Assembly (NCBI GenBank): GCA_964553625.1 | Contig: CAZKKZ010000004.1 | Coordinates: 149 to 64,148, forward strand | DNA: 64,000 nucleotides | Direction of reading: 5' to 3' | DNA from: an uncultured Ruminiclostridium sp. | GTDB taxonomy: Bacteria > Bacillota > Clostridia > Oscillospirales > Ruminococcaceae | Shown here: in pieces, positions 55,395 to 64,000 of the stretch | Position numbering within the stretch: position 1 is the stretch's first letter | Layout of the letters: every line of letters starts with the position of its first letter | The notes under the pieces: model-generated | The model's database searches: none | Told to the model about the DNA's origin: nothing | Seen by the model: the letters and a program-made list of their open reading frames with translations, nothing else | Program-made: the position numbers and the translations under genes

Positions 55395-55958
55395 TTACTT
55401 TCCGGCGCGCTCCATATATTCGCCCGTGCGGGTATCGATACGGATTACCTCGCCGACGTCAATAAAGAGCGGAACGCGGATCTGCGCGCCCGTTTCAAGG
55501 GTAGCGGGCTTCGTCGCGTTGGTCGCGGTATCGCCCTTAAAGCCGGGATCGGTCTCGGTGACCTCAAGCTCCACGAAGTTCGGAGGCTCTACGCCGAATA
55601 CCTTTCCTTTATAAGAAAGAACCTTACAGATCATGTTTTCCTTTACGAACTTAAAGCTGTCCCCGAGATCTGCCGCGTTGATCGGCACGTCCTCGTAGGT
55701 CTCGCTGTCCATAAAGTGATAAAGCGACCCGTCGTTATAGGTATATTCCATATCCTTCCGCTCAATGAAGGCGGTCGGAAATTTCGCGGTGGGGTTATAG
55801 GATTTTTCGACAACCGCGCCCGTGATCACGTTCTTCGTCTTGGTTCTGACGAACGCCGCTCCCTTTCCGGGCTTCACGTGCTGGAACTCAATCACCTGCA
55901 TTACGCTTCCGTCCTCTTCAAACGTCATGCCGTTTCTGAAATCACCTGCTGTAATCAT
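55395..55958 (-). CDS. efp: elongation factor P
   Basis: 187 aa. [14 protein letters not shown]...[17 protein letters not shown]. Confidence 0.97.
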   Translation of the reverse strand: MITAGDFRNGMTFEEDGSVMQVIEFQHVKPGKGAAFVRTKTKNVITGAVVEKSYNPTAKFPTAFIERKDMEYTYNDGSLYHFMDSETYEDVPINAADLGDSFKFVKENMICKVLSYKGKVFGVEPPNFVELEVTETDPGFKGDTATNATKPATLETGAQIRVPLFIDVGEVIRIDTRTGEYMERAGK

Positions 55959-56112
55959 AGATACTGCCTTTCCTTTCCTTTAAGAGCAAGCCGCATAACG
56001 ACAGCCCTGTCTTAGTATATCCGGCTTCACATAAAACATCTCTTACATTTTACACGATTTTATAAAAAAATGCAAGACCTTTCGGGAAATTTTATAACAT
56101 TTTTCAAAAAAA

Positions 56113-57180
56113 TCAAATATAGATCAGCGTTTTCGGCGTTTTCGTCAGATTCATACAGCCGTTCGTCGTCACAACGACCATGTCCTCGATCCGGACGCCG
56201 TATTTATGCGGAATATAAACGCCCGGCTCAATCGTGATGACCATGCCCTCGTGAAGCGTAAACGGACTTCTTCCCGAAACCGCGGGCGCTTCGTGAATCT
56301 CCAGACCCACGCCGTGACCGAGACCGTGCGTAAAATATTTTTCATAGCCCCAGGCGTCGAGCGTGCTCCGCGCGACGTTTTCGAGAAGCTTCCCCGTAAT
56401 ATCGGCGCGCACCGCCTTCAGCGCGTCGGTATTCGCTCCCCAGACGGCGTTGTAAACGTTTTTCATCTCCTCGTCGGGCTTTCCGATCACGACCGTTCTT
56501 GTCATGTCGGAATGATACCCCCCGACGACCGCGCCGAAGTCGAGCGTTAAAAACTCCCCGTTTTGCAGAGGCTTATCGGTGGGGACGGCGTGCGGGCAGG
56601 CGGAATTTACCCCCGAGGCGGCGATCGTGTCGAAGGAAATCGCGTCCGCGCCGAGATCGCGCATATAAAAATCCAGCACGGAAGCCACCTGCTTTTCGGT
56701 CATGCCGACGCGAATCGAGGTAATTAGCTTGGAAAACGCCGCTTCCGCAATCCGCTGCGCCGCTTCGATCTTTGCGATCTCCTCGTCGGTCTTGATCATT
56801 CTCATGCGTTCGAGAAGCGTCGAGAGCCACGGCGAGGAATCGACGGTAAGCGCGTTGAACAGCTTTTTGTAATCCTCCAGCTCGCTGACCGTGACCGTCT
56901 TGCTCTCGATCGAAATGACCTCGATTCCCTGCTCCTCGATCAGGGCGTAAAGCTGCTTCCGCAGATCGGTCAGGAGCAGAACCTCGCAGCCCTTCGCCTC
57001 CTGCTCCGCCTTTTCAAAGTACCGCGCGTCGATCAGGAAGCTGCTCTTTTTCTTGGTGATAAAAACAACGCCCGCCGAGGAATGAAACCCCGCCGCGTAC
57101 TGACGCGAAACGGCGCTTGTGATAAATGCCGCGTGGCGCTCGTCCTTCAGCTCCGCGGCGATCCGTTCTGTCGTAAACAT
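56113..57180 (-). CDS. pepP: Xaa-Pro aminopeptidase (M24 family)
   Basis: 355 aa. M24 metal motifs (DFGAVVGGYHSD, HGLGHGVGLEIHE, EPG). Confidence 0.9.
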   Translation of the reverse strand: MFTTERIAAELKDERHAAFITSAVSRQYAAGFHSSAGVVFITKKKSSFLIDARYFEKAEQEAKGCEVLLLTDLRKQLYALIEEQGIEVISIESKTVTVSELEDYKKLFNALTVDSSPWLSTLLERMRMIKTDEEIAKIEAAQRIAEAAFSKLITSIRVGMTEKQVASVLDFYMRDLGADAISFDTIAASGVNSACPHAVPTDKPLQNGEFLTLDFGAVVGGYHSDMTRTVVIGKPDEEMKNVYNAVWGANTDALKAVRADITGKLLENVARSTLDAWGYEKYFTHGLGHGVGLEIHEAPAVSGRSPFTLHEGMVITIEPGVYIPHKYGVRIEDMVVVTTNGCMNLTKTPKTLIYI

Positions 57181-57191
57181 AAAATATTCCC

Positions 57192-57641
57192 TTATCCTTT
57201 TTTAACTTTTGCGCATTGGCTCTCCGCAAGCGCCGAGACCGCAAGGCGGTACACGTCCTTCCCGAAGCCGCAGATTACGCCCGCGCACACTGCGGAAAGC
57301 ACCGAATGGTGCCGAAATTCCTCACGCTTATGAACATTCGACAAATGCACCTCGACGCAGGGCAGATCGGAGGCGGCGATTGCGTCCCGGATCGCGATAC
57401 TGTAATGCGTGTACGCGCCCGCGTTTAAGACGATCCCGTCCGCATTTTCCCGCGCGTCATGAAGAATATCGACCAGCCCGCCCTCCGAATTGGACTGATA
57501 AAATTCGGGGGTCACGCCGATCCTCGCGCAGTACTCCGCAAGCTCCGCGTTAATGCTTTCGAGCGTGTCCGAGCCGTAAATTTCCGGCTCGCGCTTTCCG
57601 AGCAGGTCAAGATTCGGTCCGTTTACAATATAAAGCTTCAT
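57192..57641 (-). CDS. aroQ: type II 3-dehydroquinate dehydratase
   Basis: MKLYIVNGPNLDLLGKREPEIYG start (57641). The track ORF extends to 57668. Confidence 0.93.
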   Translation of the reverse strand: MKLYIVNGPNLDLLGKREPEIYGSDTLESINAELAEYCARIGVTPEFYQSNSEGGLVDILHDARENADGIVLNAGAYTHYSIAIRDAIAASDLPCVEVHLSNVHKREEFRHHSVLSAVCAGVICGFGKDVYRLAVSALAESQCAKVKKG

Positions 57642-57736
57642 TTTTGATTTCCTTTCCTGCGGCAGCAAAAAGTATGCCGTTTTTTACGGGACTGCAATTC
57701 ACCGGCAACACCTTCACGATCCAAATCTCACGAAAT

Positions 57737-58582
57737 TCACTCTAAAAACCCCTCGTAGGACTTTTTCATCGCCGCCGCGTCCTCCGCCTGCGTTCCCGCG
57801 CTTTCGGAAATGACCGAAGGCTCCAGCCCCCGCTTCGCAAACAGCTCCATGAGCGGCTCGTACCGAGGTCCGAATTCCTCGTCGGCGAAGGTGAGGTGAC
57901 ATTTCTCCCCGCCCGCCGTATATTGAATTTTACTGAAATGCACGTGCATTTTTTTCAGCCGCTCAAACCCAAGCTTGTCCTCGATCTCATCTAAGATCGC
58001 GGCGTAATCCGACTGCGTCTTGATCCCGCCGAGTGTCCGCGCGTTCAGGTGACCGAAATCGACGCAGGGGAGAAAACGCTCGTCCGTTTTACAAAGCTCC
58101 AGCACCTCCGAAAGCGTTCCGAGCTGATTGATCTTCCCCATTGTTTCGGGGCAAAGCACGATCTCCGAAAGCCCGTTTTCGTCCAGCGCCGCCTGCGCCC
58201 GCGAAAGGGTATCCCGCGCGAGGGAAAGCGCCGTTTCACGCGTCATTTTCGCGCAGGAGCCGGAATGAACGACGATCTTCCGAACCCCAAGCTTCCGCGC
58301 CGCCTGTGCGCTCTCCAGTAAATACGAAACGCTTTTCAAGCGCGTTTCCTCGTTCTCGCTCGAAAGGGAGATGAAATACGGCGAATGGAGCGTCAGCGCA
58401 ATGTTGTTTTTTTGCGCAAGCTCGGGGAGCAGCGCGTAGGTCTTCTCCGAAATTCTGACGCCCCGCCCACACTCGATCTCGTAGCCGTTCAGCCCGAACG
58501 AGCGCAGGTAATCGGGCAGCTCCTCGGGAAATTTCCGCCGTCCGAAGCTTTCGGAATTCCCACCCGGTCCGAATGTAATCAT
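57737..58582 (-). CDS. TIM-barrel protein (xylose isomerase-like / endonuclease IV family)
   Basis: 281 aa. The pattern of conserved His/Glu/Asp (LHSPYF, VVHSG, CPETMG, DFGH) resembles the AP endonuclease 2/sugar-phosphate isomerase fold. Confidence 0.65.
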   Translation of the reverse strand: MITFGPGGNSESFGRRKFPEELPDYLRSFGLNGYEIECGRGVRISEKTYALLPELAQKNNIALTLHSPYFISLSSENEETRLKSVSYLLESAQAARKLGVRKIVVHSGSCAKMTRETALSLARDTLSRAQAALDENGLSEIVLCPETMGKINQLGTLSEVLELCKTDERFLPCVDFGHLNARTLGGIKTQSDYAAILDEIEDKLGFERLKKMHVHFSKIQYTAGGEKCHLTFADEEFGPRYEPLMELFAKRGLEPSVISESAGTQAEDAAAMKKSYEGFLE

Positions 58583-58616
58583 AAGTATTCCTTTCCTTCT
58601 CGGCTCTATACCGCTT

Positions 58617-59126
58617 TTACTTCAGCCTGCCGAAATCCCGATGAAAGACAACTCCCTCCGCGGCGCGCTTCACTTTAAAAAGAATCCCTTTTTCCAGATG
58701 AAACGGTTCGACAAGGATCGTTCTGACGCGCGCGAAATTTCCGCCCATAATATCCGTGAAGATCTGATCGCCGACCACGGCGACTTGATCGGGAGAAACG
58801 CCGAGACGGCGGATCGCTTTTTTGATCCCGAAGGTCAGCGGCTTCGCGCCCGAAGACACGAACTCCAGACCGAGCTTTTCCGCCAAAGGGGCGACGCGGC
58901 GCCTGACGTTATTGGACACCACCATCATCGGCACCCGAAGCGCCCGCATTTCATCGAGCCATTCGGGAATCCCCTCCTCCGCAGCGGGATCGCCGTGCAT
59001 GGAAAGCGTGTTGTCCAGATCGAGAATCAGCGCGCCGATCCCGTTTTCTCTCAGAAACGCCTCGTCGATCGCCAGCACGCTTCTGATCCAGTAGGTCGGC
59101 TTAAAAATCGGCACGGTAATCGGCAC
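58617..59126 (-). CDS. yqeG: YqeG family HAD-IIIA phosphatase
   Basis: 169 aa. HAD motif I LILDLDNTL and motif III/IV VGDQIFTD. Confidence 0.85.
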   Translation of the reverse strand: MPITVPIFKPTYWIRSVLAIDEAFLRENGIGALILDLDNTLSMHGDPAAEEGIPEWLDEMRALRVPMMVVSNNVRRRVAPLAEKLGLEFVSSGAKPLTFGIKKAIRRLGVSPDQVAVVGDQIFTDIMGGNFARVRTILVEPFHLEKGILFKVKRAAEGVVFHRDFGRLK

Positions 59127-59171
59127 TCCCTTCCCATCAGTCCGCTGTTTTTCCCAAAAAAGATCTTTCGG

Positions 59172-59206
59172 GAAAATAAAACGGGCGGACGCAACCGGTC
59201 CGCCCG
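59172..59206 (-). terminator. rho-independent terminator about 140 nt downstream of rpsU
   Basis: Minus strand reads CGGGCGGACcggttgcGTCCGCCCG followed by TTTTATTTTCCC. Confidence 0.8.
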
Positions 59207-59346
59207 AAATCTACCCATACGGAATCATCGCACTCTCCCGGCGATCTACCGATCTTACGGACAGATTCTTTTCTTTTCGTTCTCCGCCCTTCGGAAGGCG
59301 CTTTTTCAAGCCTCTATCCCTTACCGAAACGCGAAGCGCCAGCTCA

Positions 59347-59523
59347 TTACTTAAACTTGCGCTTGCGAGCCGCTTCGGACTTCTTCTTACGCTTTACCGA
59401 AGGCTTTTCGTAATGTTCTCTTTTACGAACCTCGGCTAAGACGCCGTCTCTTGCGCACGAACGCTTAAACCGCTTTAACGCGGTATCTAAGGATTCGTTT
59501 TTTCCAAGACGAATTTCCGCCAT
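59347..59523 (-). CDS. rpsU: 30S ribosomal protein S21
   Basis: My own translation gives [58 protein letters not shown] (58 aa). RBS GGGAGGG. The ORF is below the track size cutoff. Confidence 0.95.
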   Translation of the reverse strand: MAEIRLGKNESLDTALKRFKRSCARDGVLAEVRKREHYEKPSVKRKKKSEAARKRKFK

Positions 59524-59604
59524 CTATATCCCTCCCTTTGCCTTACGGCACAGGTTATCTACAAGTGAAAATAACTAGTAGCGAACAACAATTGCTCATT
59601 TCAT

Positions 59605-59633
59605 ATTATACTATGGCTTCCACGATTTGTCAA
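59605..59633 (-). promoter_or_regulatory. consensus sigma-70 promoter (TTGACA-17-TATAAT) for rpsU
   Basis: Minus strand reads TTGACAaatcgtggaagccatagTATAAT. Confidence 0.7.
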
Positions 59634-59651
59634 TACTTATTTTAAAAATTC

Positions 59652-59990
59652 TTAAACATTTCTTTCCTCGCCGTCCTGCCAAAGACGCTCGAGATCGTAA
59701 AACTCGCGGGTTTCCTTATAAAACGCGTGAACGACGACGTCGATATAATCGAGCGTCACCCAGGTCGCGCCCCGAATTCCCGAAACGCTTTTCGGACGGA
59801 CGCCAAGCTCGCCGAGCTTAAACTCCACCTCGTCCGCCATTGCCTTGACCTGCGTTGTACTCGTTCCCTCGGCGATCACAAAATAATTCGCCAGAATCGT
59901 AAGATCGCCGATTTTCAGCACGCGGATCTTTCCCGCCTTCTTATCGTCGAGCGCGCGAACCGCCGCCCTTACCACTTCCATATCCGTCAT
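59652..59990 (-). CDS. rsfS: ribosome silencing factor RsfS
   Basis: Start at MTDMEVVRAAVRALDDKKA (59990). RsfS core (DYFVIAEGTS...W..LDY.DVVVH.F). The track ORF extends to 60074. Confidence 0.9.
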   Translation of the reverse strand: MTDMEVVRAAVRALDDKKAGKIRVLKIGDLTILANYFVIAEGTSTTQVKAMADEVEFKLGELGVRPKSVSGIRGATWVTLDYIDVVVHAFYKETREFYDLERLWQDGEERNV

Positions 59991-59991
59991 A

Positions 59992-60576
59992 TCAATGCTC
60001 CCTTTCTTTCGCGAAATCCCGGTAATAATTGTACGCCTCCAGCGACGAAACGGGAATCTTTCCGTCCTTTTCAAGGGTGCTCCGGATCGACCACCTCATC
60101 GCGTGGAACATCGCGTTATCGAGATTTTCCAGCACAAGCTTCCGATATTTTTCCACGTCCTTAAAATCGCGGTCCGCCGAAACAAGATCGCCGAGATACA
60201 CGATCTTTTCGAGCGTCGTCATGTGCGCCCGCCCCACCGTATGGAACCGTACCGCATTCAGCAGGTCGCCGTCCGTGATCTTCAGTTCGAAACGGCAGTA
60301 ATACGCGCTCGCGATCGCGTGCCAGAGCGGGCGCGTTTCCAGCTCGACGGGATCGACCTCAAAACCGCTCATTAAAACCTCGCGCTTCATCGTTTCGGGA
60401 TCGGCTTCCTTCCGGACATCGTGAAGAAGCCCCGCCGTATACGCCTTTTCGGGATCGAAGCCGTTGAGCTGCGCGAGCTTTTCGCACAGCTGCGCCACAT
60501 TGCAGCAATGGGTGTAGCGCTTTTTACTGAGCATGGATTTTAAAAGCGCTTTATATTCCTTCTGCTCCGCCGTCAC
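59992..60576 (-). CDS. yqeK: bis(5'-nucleosyl)-tetraphosphatase (symmetrical), YqeK-type HD protein
   Basis: 194 aa. HD motif (GLLHDVRKE) in the nadD-yqeK-rsfS context. Confidence 0.88.
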   Translation of the reverse strand: MTAEQKEYKALLKSMLSKKRYTHCCNVAQLCEKLAQLNGFDPEKAYTAGLLHDVRKEADPETMKREVLMSGFEVDPVELETRPLWHAIASAYYCRFELKITDGDLLNAVRFHTVGRAHMTTLEKIVYLGDLVSADRDFKDVEKYRKLVLENLDNAMFHAMRWSIRSTLEKDGKIPVSSLEAYNYYRDFAKEREH

Positions 60577-61159
60577 GGTACAGCCCCCTTTCGTCGATAT
60601 AAGCGCGCACGCGGTCGTCCAGCAGACCCGCCGTGCTTTCTCCCCTCCCGATCCTTTCGCGGATCTCGGAGGAGGACACCTCGATCACGGGAAGGTTCAG
60701 CACCTTGATCCTGCCCAGCTCGTTCGCGCATTCGACGAGATCGGTATAGCTGTCGTTTTCCCGCGCCGCCGCAACGACCCGGCACTCCTTCCGAAGCGCC
60801 TCGCTGCGGTACCAATGCTCAAAATAAAAAAGCATATCGCCGCCGAGGATCAGATAAAATTCGGTATCCCTCGGATAAATTTCCTTCAGGGCGCGAACGG
60901 TGTTGATCGTATAATTCGGCGCGCCGAGCCTTTTTTCAATGTCCGAAACGGTATACCCCGTCTCTCCGCCGAAAACGATTCCGCACATTTCCATTCGTTC
61001 CTCAAACGAGGCTCCCTCGCTTTTCTTATGGGGAGAAACCGCCGTCGGGATAATCAGCGTCTCCCGAAGCTTCAGCGCCTTCGCCGCCGCTCTTACCAGC
61101 GCGGCGTGTCCGTTATGGATCGGGTTAAACGCTCCCCCGAAGATTCCAACCTTATTCAT
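60551..61159 (-). CDS. nadD: nicotinate-nucleotide adenylyltransferase
   Basis: 202 aa. GIFGGAFNPIHNGH motif and an SSSEIR-like C-terminal motif. Confidence 0.93.
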   Translation of the reverse strand: MNKVGIFGGAFNPIHNGHAALVRAAAKALKLRETLIIPTAVSPHKKSEGASFEERMEMCGIVFGGETGYTVSDIEKRLGAPNYTINTVRALKEIYPRDTEFYLILGGDMLFYFEHWYRSEALRKECRVVAAARENDSYTDLVECANELGRIKVLNLPVIEVSSSEIRERIGRGESTAGLLDDRVRAYIDERGLYRDGGAEGI

Positions 61160-61448
61160 CGATCACGATCACCCTTTTCTTCGGATCGGGATTTTTCCGA
61201 TAGATCACGAATCTCGTCCCGATCACCTGAATCGGCTCCGCGCGAAGCGACCCGCACAGACTTTCACAGACCTCCCGCGCGCTCATCGCACAGGTTTCGT
61301 GCACCCGTCCCTTAATCATTTCCCTTTTTTCGAGCGCGTCGTCCGCCTGCTTCGTAAGCTCGGGCGTGATCCCGTTTTTTCCGACCAGAAGGATCGTTTC
61401 GTACGCGTTCGCGATCGCTCTGAGCCTTGCTCTTTCCTTCCCTGTCAT
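61152..61448 (-). CDS. yhbY: ribosome assembly RNA-binding protein YhbY (CRM domain)
   Basis: 98 aa. LTGKERARLRAIAN...VGKNGIT pattern. Confidence 0.88.
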   Translation of the reverse strand: MTGKERARLRAIANAYETILLVGKNGITPELTKQADDALEKREMIKGRVHETCAMSAREVCESLCGSLRAEPIQVIGTRFVIYRKNPDPKKRVIVIDE

Positions 61449-62035
61449 TCGCTTTCCCTTTCCTCTAAAATTTTTGCAAGCGCTTTTATGGCATTGGCGC
61501 GGTGGCTGATCCGATTTTTCTTCTCCTCGCCGATCTCCGCCAGACTCTCGTCCTCCACGTAAAAAATCGGGTCATAGCCGAATCCGTTCTCGCCGCGCGG
61601 CTCCTCGCCGATCTTCCCCTCGAGCGTTCCAAGAACGGAATACTCCGTCTCGTCGTCCAAAATGCAGTACAGCGCACAGACGAACCGCGCGGAGCGAAGC
61701 CCCTCGTCCACGCCGTCAAGCTCGGACAGAATCTTTTCACAGCGCTCCCGATCGGTCGCGTCCTCTCCCGCGTAGCGGGCGGAATAAATCCCCGGCGCGC
61801 CGCCGAGAAAGTCCACCTCAAGCCCGCTGTCGTCGGCGATCACGGGACACCGGCAAAGCCGATAGACCGCTTCCGCCTTTTTATGCGCGTTTTCCGCGAA
61901 GGTCTCGCCGTCCTCCACGACGTCGATCCGAATCCCCTCGTCCTTCAGGGAAACCGGCTCAAAGCCGAGCGGCGAAAGCATTCGCTTCAGCTCCCGCACC
62001 TTTCCCTGATTGTTTGTCGCAACCACAAGCTTCAT
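61445..62035 (-). CDS. rdgB: XTP/dITP diphosphatase (RdgB/HAM1 family)
   Basis: MKLVVATNNQGKVRE start (62035) and FGYDPIF motif. The track ORF extends to 62065. Confidence 0.9.
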   Translation of the reverse strand: MKLVVATNNQGKVRELKRMLSPLGFEPVSLKDEGIRIDVVEDGETFAENAHKKAEAVYRLCRCPVIADDSGLEVDFLGGAPGIYSARYAGEDATDRERCEKILSELDGVDEGLRSARFVCALYCILDDETEYSVLGTLEGKIGEEPRGENGFGYDPIFYVEDESLAEIGEEKKNRISHRANAIKALAKILEERESE

Positions 62036-62071
62036 ACCGTTGACTTTTCCTTTCTGCTGATTCAAACACCT

Positions 62072-62989
62072 TTATTCCTTTTCGTCCGAAAATAAAATAT
62101 CCGCGTAATCCTTCGGGATAAACGGCTGGAGATCGTCGATCTTTTCCCCGACCCCGACAAATTTTACCGGAATCCCAAGCTCGTTCTTGATCGGGAGAAT
62201 GATCCCGCCCTTCGCCGTCCCGTCGAGCTTTGTCAGAACAATCCCCGTAATATCGCAGACCTCGCGGAACAGCCGCGCCTGATTCACGGCGTTCTGACCC
62301 GTCGTCGCGTCCAGAACAAGAAGCGTTTCAAGCCCCGAATCGGGAAGCTGGGTCGTAATGATCCGGGAAATCTTCTTCAGCTCCTCCATGAGGTTTTTCT
62401 TATTGTGAAGCCGCCCCGCCGTATCGATCAGGAGAATATCCGCTCCCCGCGCCTTTGCCGCGGTACAGGCGTCGAACACCACGGCGGCGGGATCGCTCCC
62501 CTCCGAATGGCGGATCAGGTCGACCCCCGCCCGATCCGTCCAGACGTTCAGCTGTTCGATCGCCGCCGCGCGGAAGGTATCCGCCGCCGCGACCAGCACC
62601 TTTTTTCCGTCGTTTTTAAAATTCGCCGCAAGCTTTCCGATCGTCGTTGTTTTTCCCGCGCCGTTCACGCCGATCACGAGAAGAACCGACGGCTTTGTCG
62701 AAAGGTCAAGCTCGTTCCCGCCGCTTAACAGCTCGGCGATGATCTCCTTTAAAAGAGCCTTGACCTCGGTCGGATCGGTCGTACCCGTCCGCTTTACCTC
62801 GGTACGGAGCCGATCGCAGACCGAAGCGGAGGTCGCGGCGCCGATGTCCGAAAGGATCAGCGTTTCCTCCAGCTCCTCAAAGAATTCCTCGTCGATCTTC
62901 GTGAAGGAATTGACGAGCGTTTCCACCTTGGAAACGAAGCCGTCCTTCGTTTTTTTCAATCCTTCCTTCAGCTTATCAAAAAATCCCAT
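62072..62989 (-). CDS. ftsY: signal recognition particle receptor FtsY
   Basis: 305 aa. NG domain with [15 protein letters not shown] and TKLDG motifs. Confidence 0.96.
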   Translation of the reverse strand: MGFFDKLKEGLKKTKDGFVSKVETLVNSFTKIDEEFFEELEETLILSDIGAATSASVCDRLRTEVKRTGTTDPTEVKALLKEIIAELLSGGNELDLSTKPSVLLVIGVNGAGKTTTIGKLAANFKNDGKKVLVAAADTFRAAAIEQLNVWTDRAGVDLIRHSEGSDPAAVVFDACTAAKARGADILLIDTAGRLHNKKNLMEELKKISRIITTQLPDSGLETLLVLDATTGQNAVNQARLFREVCDITGIVLTKLDGTAKGGIILPIKNELGIPVKFVGVGEKIDDLQPFIPKDYADILFSDEKE

Positions 62990-63009
62990 AATCGTCCTTT
63001 CTCCGACCC

Positions 63010-64000
63010 CTAGTCAAGCTCCAGCTCCAGATCGTCGATCAGCTCCTGATGCAGCAGCTTCGACACGCCCTTCTCCTGCATATACACGCCGTAAAGCACG
63101 TCGCAGCCCTCGATCGTTCCGCGCCGATGTGTGATGACCATCAGCTGTGTACGCGTACAAAACCGTTTTAAGTAGGTTATGTATTTCATGACGTTCACCT
63201 CGTCCAGCGCGGCGTCCACCTCGTCAAGCATGCAGAACGGCGTCGGACGGTGAAGAAGGATCGCGAAATAGATCGTGATCGCGACCATGGTCTGCTCCCC
63301 GCCCGAAAGCGAGATCAGATTCTTGATCAGCTTTCCGGGCGGCGCGGCGAAAATCTCGATCCCGCTCCCGAGAATGTCCTCCGGCTCCATAAGCTCCAAA
63401 TGCGCTTCCCCGCCGCCGAAAACCTCGCGGAAGATCGCGCTGAACTTCTCGTTGATGTCCTGAAAGCTCGCGAGGAACTTCGCTTTAATATCCGCCGTAA
63501 GCGCCGAGATCAGCTTTTCAAGCTCCCGCTTCGACTGCTCCACGTCCCGAAGCTGTCCCGAAAGCTCGTCGTATTTCGCCCGTACCTCGTCGTATTCCTC
63601 GATCGCCGCGAAATTCACGTTTCCGAGCGCGGTAATCCTCCGCCGAAGCTCCTGAAGCTGCCGCTGCGCCTCGGAAAGATTTTCGAGCTTCTGCGCCTGC
63701 GCCCTTGCCTCGGTCACGGTAAGCTCGTACTTGTCCCAGAGGGTCGCGCGGAGCTTTTCGTCCTCGCGCTCGATCGATGCCTTTTTCTCAACGGCGACCG
63801 CGAGCGCGGCGGAAAATTTCGTTTTATCGTCCGCCTTTTCGCGAATCTCTCTCAGTACCTCCGCCATGCGGCGCTCGCACTCGTTTTCCTTCCGGATCAG
63901 CTCGCGGATCGACCCGTCGTTTTCGCCGAGAGACTTCTGCGCCGCCTCGATCTTCTCGTGCTTTTCGGCGATCTCCGCCCGAAGCCGCCCGCTGTCCCCA
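63010..64000 (-). CDS. smc: chromosome segregation protein SMC, C-terminal part (gene continues past the window end)
   Basis: Coiled-coil followed by the ABC signature LSGGEQT and Walker [12 protein letters not shown]. The reading frame stays open upstream of Met 63867 to the window edge. Confidence 0.93.
   Translation of the reverse strand, partial: GDSGRLRAEIAEKHEKIEAAQKSLGENDGSIRELIRKENECERRMAEVLREIREKADDKTKFSAALAVAVEKKASIEREDEKLRATLWDKYELTVTEARAQAQKLENLSEAQRQLQELRRRITALGNVNFAAIEEYDEVRAKYDELSGQLRDVEQSKRELEKLISALTADIKAKFLASFQDINEKFSAIFREVFGGGEAHLELMEPEDILGSGIEIFAAPPGKLIKNLISLSGGEQTMVAITIYFAILLHRPTPFCMLDEVDAALDEVNVMKYITYLKRFCTRTQLMVITHRRGTIEGCDVLYGVYMQEKGVSKLLHQELIDDLELELD

Noticed and set aside
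55985-56012. AAGCCGCATAACGACAGCCCTGTC upstream of efp loosely resembles the MITE terminus (GGCTGCACCGCATAATGATTGTCG).
   Set aside because: Only scattered identities are present, with no inverted partner and no duplication. I treat it as coincidence.
1-64000. Scan for CRISPR arrays, tandem repeats, tRNA/rRNA genes, transposases, integrases, phage genes, toxin-antitoxin pairs and known defence-system genes.
   Set aside because: I recognised none by eye in the intergenic regions or the ORF translations. A proper tRNAscan/CRISPR/HMM run could still find small features I missed.

Overview
GC-rich chromosomal segment that looks Firmicutes/Clostridia-like. This is an inference from gene content: HPr kinase, RapZ-WhiA, an IspH-S1 fusion, ECF S-components behind THF and FMN riboswitches, and the yqeG/yhbY/nadD/yqeK/rsfS block. 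Almost all of it is housekeeping, mostly on the minus strand. The main minus-strand blocks are listed below.

- **Pyrimidine operon:** orphan gene-pyrC-pyrF-carA-carB-membrane ORF-pyrK-pyrD-histidine phosphatase-rhomboid.
- **Small block at 11.9-13.5 kb:** proC and folT, the latter behind a THF riboswitch.
- **13.5-23.9 kb:** pfkA, dnaE, whiA, rapZ, murB, glk and hprK.
- **49.4-52.8 kb:** ispH-S1, plsC and cmk.
- **54.0-64.0 kb:** ribU (FMN riboswitch), efp, pepP, aroQ, yqeG, rpsU, rsfS, yqeK, nadD, yhbY, rdgB, ftsY and the smc 3' end.

Accessory-looking stretches lie at 24-34 kb and 39-49 kb.

- **24-34 kb:** a beta-propeller/HD-GYP sensor, a split MacB-type ABC module with a small Cys-rich ORF, MerR, a long ECF-like sigma and an Ig-like secreted protein.
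- **39-49 kb:** LysR, a Zn-phospholipase-C-like gene, an AT-rich methyltransferase, an MCP, pfkB, a second HD-GYP and an S41 peptidase.

I found no CRISPR array, rRNA, tRNA, transposase, phage gene or recognisable defence system.

The most unusual signals are non-coding:

1. A MITE-like fold-back repeat family with three copies. Each copy is flanked by a matching 4-bp duplication.
2. A separate 161-bp imperfect palindrome.
3. A perfect four-way-junction (cloverleaf-like) nested palindrome abutting a near-consensus promoter upstream of an HD-GYP gene.
4. A 28-bp perfect palindrome in front of the AT-rich methyltransferase.

All calls come from reading the sequence and ORF track only. No searches were run.
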